Shown here: positions 58,752 to 64,000 of the stretch, piece by piece
How positions within the stretch are numbered: the first letter of the stretch is position 1
Layout of the letters: each line of letters begins with the position of its first letter
NCBI GenBank assembly: GCA_000092065.1
Contig: CP000586.1
DNA length: 64,000 bases
Direction: 5' to 3' (one strand)
From: Ostreococcus lucimarinus
Lineage: Eukaryota
Notes under the pieces: model-generated
Seen by the model: only the letters and a program-made list of their open reading frames with translations
Told to the model about the DNA's origin: nothing
Databases searched by the model: none
Translations under genes and position numbers: made by a program

Positions 58752-61730
58752 TCATGGGTGGCTAAAACTAAACGCTAAGGCGCCGAACGCGTCGGCGAGC
58801 GCTCGTGCGCTCAAGCTAGGTTGCGTTGCGAGCAAACTCGCGACAATATTATTTAAGGATGTGTCAAATATGGCTTTGTTCACCAATGGCACCGCTGTTT
58901 TGAAACTTGCGACGACGCGCGCATCGCTGTTCCCTCCGTCAAGGTAATCTCGCAAGCTTTGATACGTCGAGAGCGTGATGGCGTGCGACTTCTTAAGGGC
59001 GTCACCAATAGCCCCATCGACTCGCGCAACCGCGAGGACGCTCACCAGTGTCGTCGTCAACTGGCAAATCAGCGCCGGTTTATACTTGAAATCCATTGCA
59101 CTTTGAGATTCGAAAGCAGTGCTCTGAATCTCGAGTGCCTCTAAGCTCAACGTCAGCACCGAAACAGAATCCACGTACGCCAAGGTCAGGCGCTCATGCC
59201 GTGCGCCGACCGCGAGCGCTGCGGCGGCGTGTAGACGAATCTTGAAATTCTTTGCGTCTCTTACGAGTAGTAGCAGCATTCTCACGATGAAGTCGGCCCA
59301 GTATGCGCCCACATCCATCGCTGAGTCGTTCTGTAGCAACGCCGCGACACCCAGACAGGCGTTCCATTGCGTCTTGGCGTTTCCCGTGGTCAAACAACTC
59401 GCCAAACTCTGCGCAGCTTTGTGAAGCCATTCGTGTGAGGTATCAAAAGTCGAGGCGGCAATAAGATGCGCGATTCCTCGCGTGGCGCTCGCGCGTACTT
59501 TGTCTCCTTGCTCAGCCGCGCTCGCAATCAAAACTTTTGCCAACGAAGCGACAGTGTCGTCGCATAACCGATTCTCCCTCGTCGCGTTCACCGCGCAGAG
59601 GTTAGCCAATGACCACATGGCTGGAATCTTCACTGACTTCGAAACATCTTCAGCGGCGATGAGAAGTGCCGCCGCGGTCTCTTCGAGATTGACGCATGGT
59701 AGGTAGATGAGGAAACCGAGCGCTCGGCAGGCGGCGGCGCGAACAGCGGGCACCGACTCATGTGAACCGCTAAGCACCGAGTGAGGCATCGATAGAAGCG
59801 AATCTAACGTTCGCACATCTGAACCAAAACATGTCAGAACATTTGAATTCACTCGAGTCAGTACGTTCAAACCAGCAACGCGAGTGAGCGCAGATTTATG
59901 CAAAGCGCACGTTGGCAACTGTGATTCAATCGCATTCGTCCACGCCGCTCGTAGAACCTCACTGGGAAGTGCGGGAGTACTTGCGATCATTCCGAAATCA
60001 ACCTCATCGTCGTCGCGCACTTGTCCGCTACCGCTCACGGAGCCGAGATAATCCGTGAGCAATCTTGCAGAGGCTTGACACACGCGGTCGTCCGCGCCCG
60101 AGGCGCACACCGCGCTCGGGAATAACTCGCGTAATTCATCACCTATCAGCGTCGCGGCCCCAGTGTGATGCACCACGAGTGCGCGCAGGACGCTAAATGC
60201 TTCACAACGCGATCCTGCGACCTCACCTTTTGCGTGCGAGATCATTCTGTAAATCATGGATGACGACGAGTCCGAGCTCAAGTATTCGTCGAGCGCCCGC
60301 GTCGCGCCGCGCGCGGAGAGCGCGGATGCCAGCGCTCCGAACAACGCGCTCTGTATCGTCGATCGATCGCTTGGCGTTTCTGCGGATAGATGCACGAGTT
60401 TAGCGTGAATCGAGTCCACGGTTTCTCGAAGAAGGTCTCGTGGGAATCGATCAAACGGCACGGCGTCGCACAGCGCCGCCACGGCTTTGCACAACTCTCG
60501 CGCGCACTGCGCGTTCTTCTCGCGTGACAACGCGGTCAGAAGTGCACGAAGAGTTATGATCACCATATCTCCTAAAGTTGTACTCAGCGCGGAAAAAGAG
60601 CGAACGCGAGCGCCAAATCCCGGCGCTAACGACGAACTCGCCGCGCCGTTGGCGCCGGCGCTCGTCGCCGCCTCTCGTCGTTCGGCGATGGCTAGGTATT
60701 GTCGACTTGCCGGTCCCTCAAACAGCGCCATCGTCGCGTTTGCCGCCGCGCCGCGCACCTTGGCGCTAGAATCACACGCGATCACTTTCACCAAACTCGT
60801 CGATACGCTCTTCTCCCGCAACTGATGTTCCGAAGTCGGCAACATCGTCGCCCACGCGCCGTGCAAAGCCTTCCCGTTCAATCTCGCGAGCGCGCCGAGC
60901 GCGCCGCACGCCCCCGCGCGCAAATCGCACGCATCTTTCTCACACATCGCGATGTTTTCATCGCTCTCTCTCGCGTGCGGCGGTTTGTACGACGTTCCCT
61001 CGCCGTCCTCCCCGTCGCCCTCGTCGTCTCGTCGACACGCCAACCGCGTCAACGCCTCGCACACCCCCGAGCGCGCGCCGACCCCCCAAACCTCGCTCGA
61101 CATCCCCCAGCGCACCACAAATTCCACGAACGCGCTCCAGCACCGCCGCATCGCCTCCGCGCGCCCCTCGTCTCGCTCCGTCGCCGCCGCGCCGCGCCGC
61201 AACCGTCCCGCCGCGCGCGCCGCCGCCCTCCCGATCGACTCCCCGTGCCTTCGCCACCCCACCGTCGCGCCGCTCGCCAGCGCGCGCATGTCCCGCTCCA
61301 TCGCCGCCATCGCCGCCGCCGTCGGCCCGCGCGCGTCGTCGTCGTCGTCGCTCGAGAGCAATCCAGTCAACGCCCGACCGATGACGCGTTCGTCATCGCC
61401 CGCGTCCGCGCCCTCCCGCGCCGCGACGTCGCGCCTCGTCGCCGCGAGCGCGTCCGAGGCGTCATCCTCGGCGTTCGCGCGCGCGATCGACGCGTCGCGC
61501 GCGTCCGATCGCGCCATGCGACGACGAATGCGGGCGCGCGCCGCGCGCCTTCGCGACACTTCGCGACGCGTCGACGCGACGCCGCGCGTCGGATCCGCCG
61601 CGCGAGCGCGCGCGACGATGGCGACGAACGCGCCGCAACCGCCGCTCGCGCGAGACGCGGCGGTCGATCTCGAGTGCGACGACGAGTTCGAGGAGTTTAC
61701 CGCGAAGAAGTGGGACGAAACGCAAAACAA
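58752..61730 (-). CDS. HEAT/ARM-repeat protein, HEATR6-like. Start uncertain.
   Basis: The C-terminal half has repeated blocks typical of HEATR6 (KIPAMWSLANLCAVNA, KVRASATRGIAHLIAA, KTQWNACLGVAALLQN, KIRLHAAAALAVGA). The N-terminal 250 aa are low complexity; an internal Met at 61517 is an alternative start. Confidence 0.55.
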   Translation of the reverse strand: MFCVSSHFFAVNSSNSSSHSRSTAASRASGGCGAFVAIVARARAADPTRGVASTRREVSRRRAARARIRRRMARSDARDASIARANAEDDASDALAATRRDVAAREGADAGDDERVIGRALTGLLSSDDDDDARGPTAAAMAAMERDMRALASGATVGWRRHGESIGRAAARAAGRLRRGAAATERDEGRAEAMRRCWSAFVEFVVRWGMSSEVWGVGARSGVCEALTRLACRRDDEGDGEDGEGTSYKPPHARESDENIAMCEKDACDLRAGACGALGALARLNGKALHGAWATMLPTSEHQLREKSVSTSLVKVIACDSSAKVRGAAANATMALFEGPASRQYLAIAERREAATSAGANGAASSSLAPGFGARVRSFSALSTTLGDMVIITLRALLTALSREKNAQCARELCKAVAALCDAVPFDRFPRDLLRETVDSIHAKLVHLSAETPSDRSTIQSALFGALASALSARGATRALDEYLSSDSSSSMIYRMISHAKGEVAGSRCEAFSVLRALVVHHTGAATLIGDELRELFPSAVCASGADDRVCQASARLLTDYLGSVSGSGQVRDDDEVDFGMIASTPALPSEVLRAAWTNAIESQLPTCALHKSALTRVAGLNVLTRVNSNVLTCFGSDVRTLDSLLSMPHSVLSGSHESVPAVRAAACRALGFLIYLPCVNLEETAAALLIAAEDVSKSVKIPAMWSLANLCAVNATRENRLCDDTVASLAKVLIASAAEQGDKVRASATRGIAHLIAASTFDTSHEWLHKAAQSLASCLTTGNAKTQWNACLGVAALLQNDSAMDVGAYWADFIVRMLLLLVRDAKNFKIRLHAAAALAVGARHERLTLAYVDSVSVLTLSLEALEIQSTAFESQSAMDFKYKPALICQLTTTLVSVLAVARVDGAIGDALKKSHAITLSTYQSLRDYLDGGNSDARVVASFKTAVPLVNKAIFDTSLNNIVASLLATQPSLSARALADAFGALAFSFSHP

Positions 61731-61929
61731 CGCGACGACGAGGGACGCGACGCAGTGGGAGGAGGATTGGGACGACGGCGACGTGCGCGACGATTTCTCG
61801 AAACAGCTGCGCGCGGAGCTGACGAGGGCGGACGGGAAGTGAGCGACCGCGGGCGCGATGGGAGAGAAATTTTAGAGATCGTCGACGCGACGCGAGGGTG
61901 GTTTAAAAAGAGGCGAAGCGCGCGAGGGA

Positions 61930-64000
61930 CTAGGCGACGAAAGCGTGGGAGAAGACGAAGGGAGGGAAGAAAGAGGCCAAGACGGTGAGGTTGACGTCGT
62001 GGGCGGTGGCGAAGGCGCGCGCCCAGGCGATGGAGGCGCGAGCGCGGGGGGCGAAGACGTCGGGGGACGACGACGAAGACGGTCGTCGAGCCGAGATTTC
62101 GGCGCGCGCGAACGCGCCGAGATGAGAGAGATACGACGTCGTTTGGTCGGCGTGGAACTGGCGTAGGGTGGTGGAGACGGCGAGAATGAGGACGTGTGCG
62201 TCGAGTTTCGTCACCGACTGGTTGATCGGGACGAGCGTCGACGCGACGTCGTCGAAGCGGTAGAGCTCGAGCTGAGTCAGTGTGAAGACGAACGCGGCCA
62301 ATCCCCAGTCGTCGTCCACGGCGGCGACGGTGCAGTAGATCTGTCGCAGTGGGTTTTGCATGCCACTCGCGGAGAGGTAGGCGCTGAGCTTGGGCACGAT
62401 CGCGTTGGCCTCGTCGGGATAAGGCACGGTGTCTGGAGACTTGTAGTGCGATCGAATATCCGTCAAAATCGCCTTGTTCGCCGTGTCCAGCGCGCGACTC
62501 AACGTGTGCGAATCGATGCGAATGTTTGCCACGAGCTCGGCGTTCAGCTGCCGACGCAACAACTGCGCTTGTCCAATCGTTGCGAAGGCGGCGAGCATGT
62601 CGTCCCACGCGGAAGATGACGCCCTGATGGCTTGCTCGTACGCCTCAATCGAACCTTCAGGAACGGAGCCTAGCGGTCGCAACGCGTTATCGAGCGCGCG
62701 AATCGTCGCCCCAAGATCGCCTCTGAGGCGTTCGGAGTACGATTCGATGCACATCTGCAATTTTTGCGTCACCATGAAGCTCAGAAGACGATCAAGACCG
62801 GCCAAACCCACGTTCCCGACGGCAGACGTCAGCAGCGAAAATGTTCGGATGCCTACCACTTCCGAGCCTTCAGTGTCGAACCATCCGCTGTGTGGCGAGA
62901 CGTATCGAGTCGTCTTGGGATCGGTTTGTCTCATCAGTTCGCGCAACAGTCGTCCCATGAAATTCTTTGACTCTCCATCGAGCGCTGGGTAATCTGGGAT
63001 GGGTATCGCCACGGATTGAAATTCGCTCTCCCAATCATTGACTTGCTTGCGTTTGATGAAACTATTGCACTCTTGTTCGACGTGATAGCTCACCACTCGG
63101 TTGGTCTCTTCTTGCCACACTTGCAACCCATAAATATTCACGTAATCCTGAATGTACTCGAACGAGCGTCTGAAGCCTTCGATCCGATTCGCCAACGAGT
63201 TGAGACGGTCTTCAAATGGATTCGTTTTCATCATAGCCGCCACGAAATTATTCCAGCCTAGCGCGTCTTTAGCGCCATCGCCAAAGACGAGAGCTGTGTG
63301 AAACGTTTCTGTGATTTGTTTTACGAGCTGTTTGCGTATGCCTTCCTCCAACAACTGCTTAGGGTCGAGTTCGATGACCCCCATGAATGTCCGCTCCATG
63401 GCTAAAATGCCTTGCGCAAAGATGGAGATTTCGTACGTCGCCTTGGAAAGCTGTGCTCTTTCAGCAGGTTGCGCGTAATCGCTCAGCGCGGTTTTTTCGA
63501 GCTTGGTCGGCAGTTCCTTCAGCGCGTTCGTTTGAACGCCGATGATTTCGTTCAAAATCTCAAACATACTAATCGGCACCACTTCCACAACGCTTCGCAC
63601 GTAACTCACGAGCTGGGAAGAATAATATTCACTCACGCTGTAAATGTCCGGCGACTCCATTTGCGAAATGCGCAATAACGGCATTTCCAAAATGCTTTTC
63701 AGCTTAAGAAATGTGAACCGTAGTTTTCGCACCGCAAATGGATCTTTACGAATGCGTTGTTGCAGCTGTTCCGTGTACGGATCGAGCACTCGCCACGCAT
63801 ACGCCGCGTCGGACACAATCGTCAGCGTGTTCAGCGCGGAATCTGCGACGTTTGAAGTCATCATCATCTTACCCAAATATCCCCGGGAATCGAGCAAGTA
63901 CTGCTTGGCGTGGATGTTGTCGACGATTTGATGAAATTGCTCGACTTCCGTCAAGGCGGTCTCGAGCTCCTGAATGGTTCTACCGGCGGCCACCGCATCG
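61930..64000 (-). CDS. WASHC5: Strumpellin (WASH complex subunit 5), 3'-partial; the 5' part lies beyond the window end
   Basis: Colinear with the human WASHC5 C-terminal 690 aa: [96 protein letters not shown], which is near-identical to [21 protein letters not shown]. The frame is open to nt 64000, with GTG at the first listed codon. Confidence 0.9.
   Translation of the reverse strand, partial: [689 protein letters not shown]

Noticed and set aside
60699-61988. A 429-aa plus-strand ORF overlapping the HEATR6-like gene, and similar R-rich ORFs at 6592..7371, 6638..7537, 16168..17508, 19763..20791, 26020..27327 and 50022..50741
   Set aside because: All are Arg/Pro-rich with no motifs and overlap well-supported genes on the other strand. 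The composition is consistent with non-coding antisense frames in high-GC sequence.
1-64000. Prokaryotic or organellar origin, operon-style interpretation, or mobile elements
   Set aside because: GT-AG spliceosomal introns, a nuclear-type tRNA without CCA, transit peptides, eukaryote-specific genes (Raptor, strumpellin, ATG12, NOSIP) and the absence of any transposase, integrase, RT or terminal inverted repeats argue for ordinary nuclear chromosome sequence.

Overview
This is a GC-rich (roughly 65-70%), very gene-dense nuclear segment from a eukaryote, with about 40 protein-coding genes in 64 kb on both strands. Intergenic gaps are often under 300 bp and sometimes under 50 bp. It is not prokaryotic: there are two clear GT-AG introns, a eukaryote-type tRNA-Thr(UGU) with no encoded CCA, and several N-terminal Ser/Arg/Ala-rich organellar presequences. 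Plastid-related nuclear genes are present (an OHP/HLIP one-helix chlorophyll-binding protein with a green-type transit peptide, an STN7/STN8 (Stt7)-like thylakoid kinase, a twin-arginine lumen-targeted protein, and a presequence-bearing phosphoglycerate kinase). Together with the low intron density and compaction, these point to a picoplanktonic green alga, with Mamiellophyceae (Micromonas-like) as the best guess. This is inferred from sequence character only.

Confidently recognised genes include two J-domain proteins, STI1/Hop, an unusual Hsp70 with an N-terminal Hop-like TPR domain, GRWD1/RRB1, ATG12, ATG18/WIPI, a Xi-class GST (glutathionyl-hydroquinone reductase), PGK (2 exons), a secreted Cys-rich repeat protein, a 5-KH-domain RNA-binding protein, an RsmC-like rRNA methyltransferase carrying a long helical-repeat N-terminal extension (2 exons), a GT22 mannosyltransferase, an Hrq1-type DEXH helicase with a DUF1998 domain, a histidine phosphatase, GTP cyclohydrolase II, two SET-domain proteins, a RUS/DUF647 protein, NOSIP, a second Ser/Thr kinase, a GT25 glycosyltransferase, an MPN-domain protein, Raptor (1699 aa), a HEATR6-like protein and the 3' part of strumpellin (WASHC5). 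No CRISPR arrays, transposases or other mobile elements were recognised.

Simple-sequence repeats of the GAC/GTC/ACG class are frequent in both coding and non-coding DNA. A 35-bp perfect tandem duplication spans the GRWD1 stop codon. Many long antisense ORFs in the supplied track are GC-driven artefacts and were not annotated.
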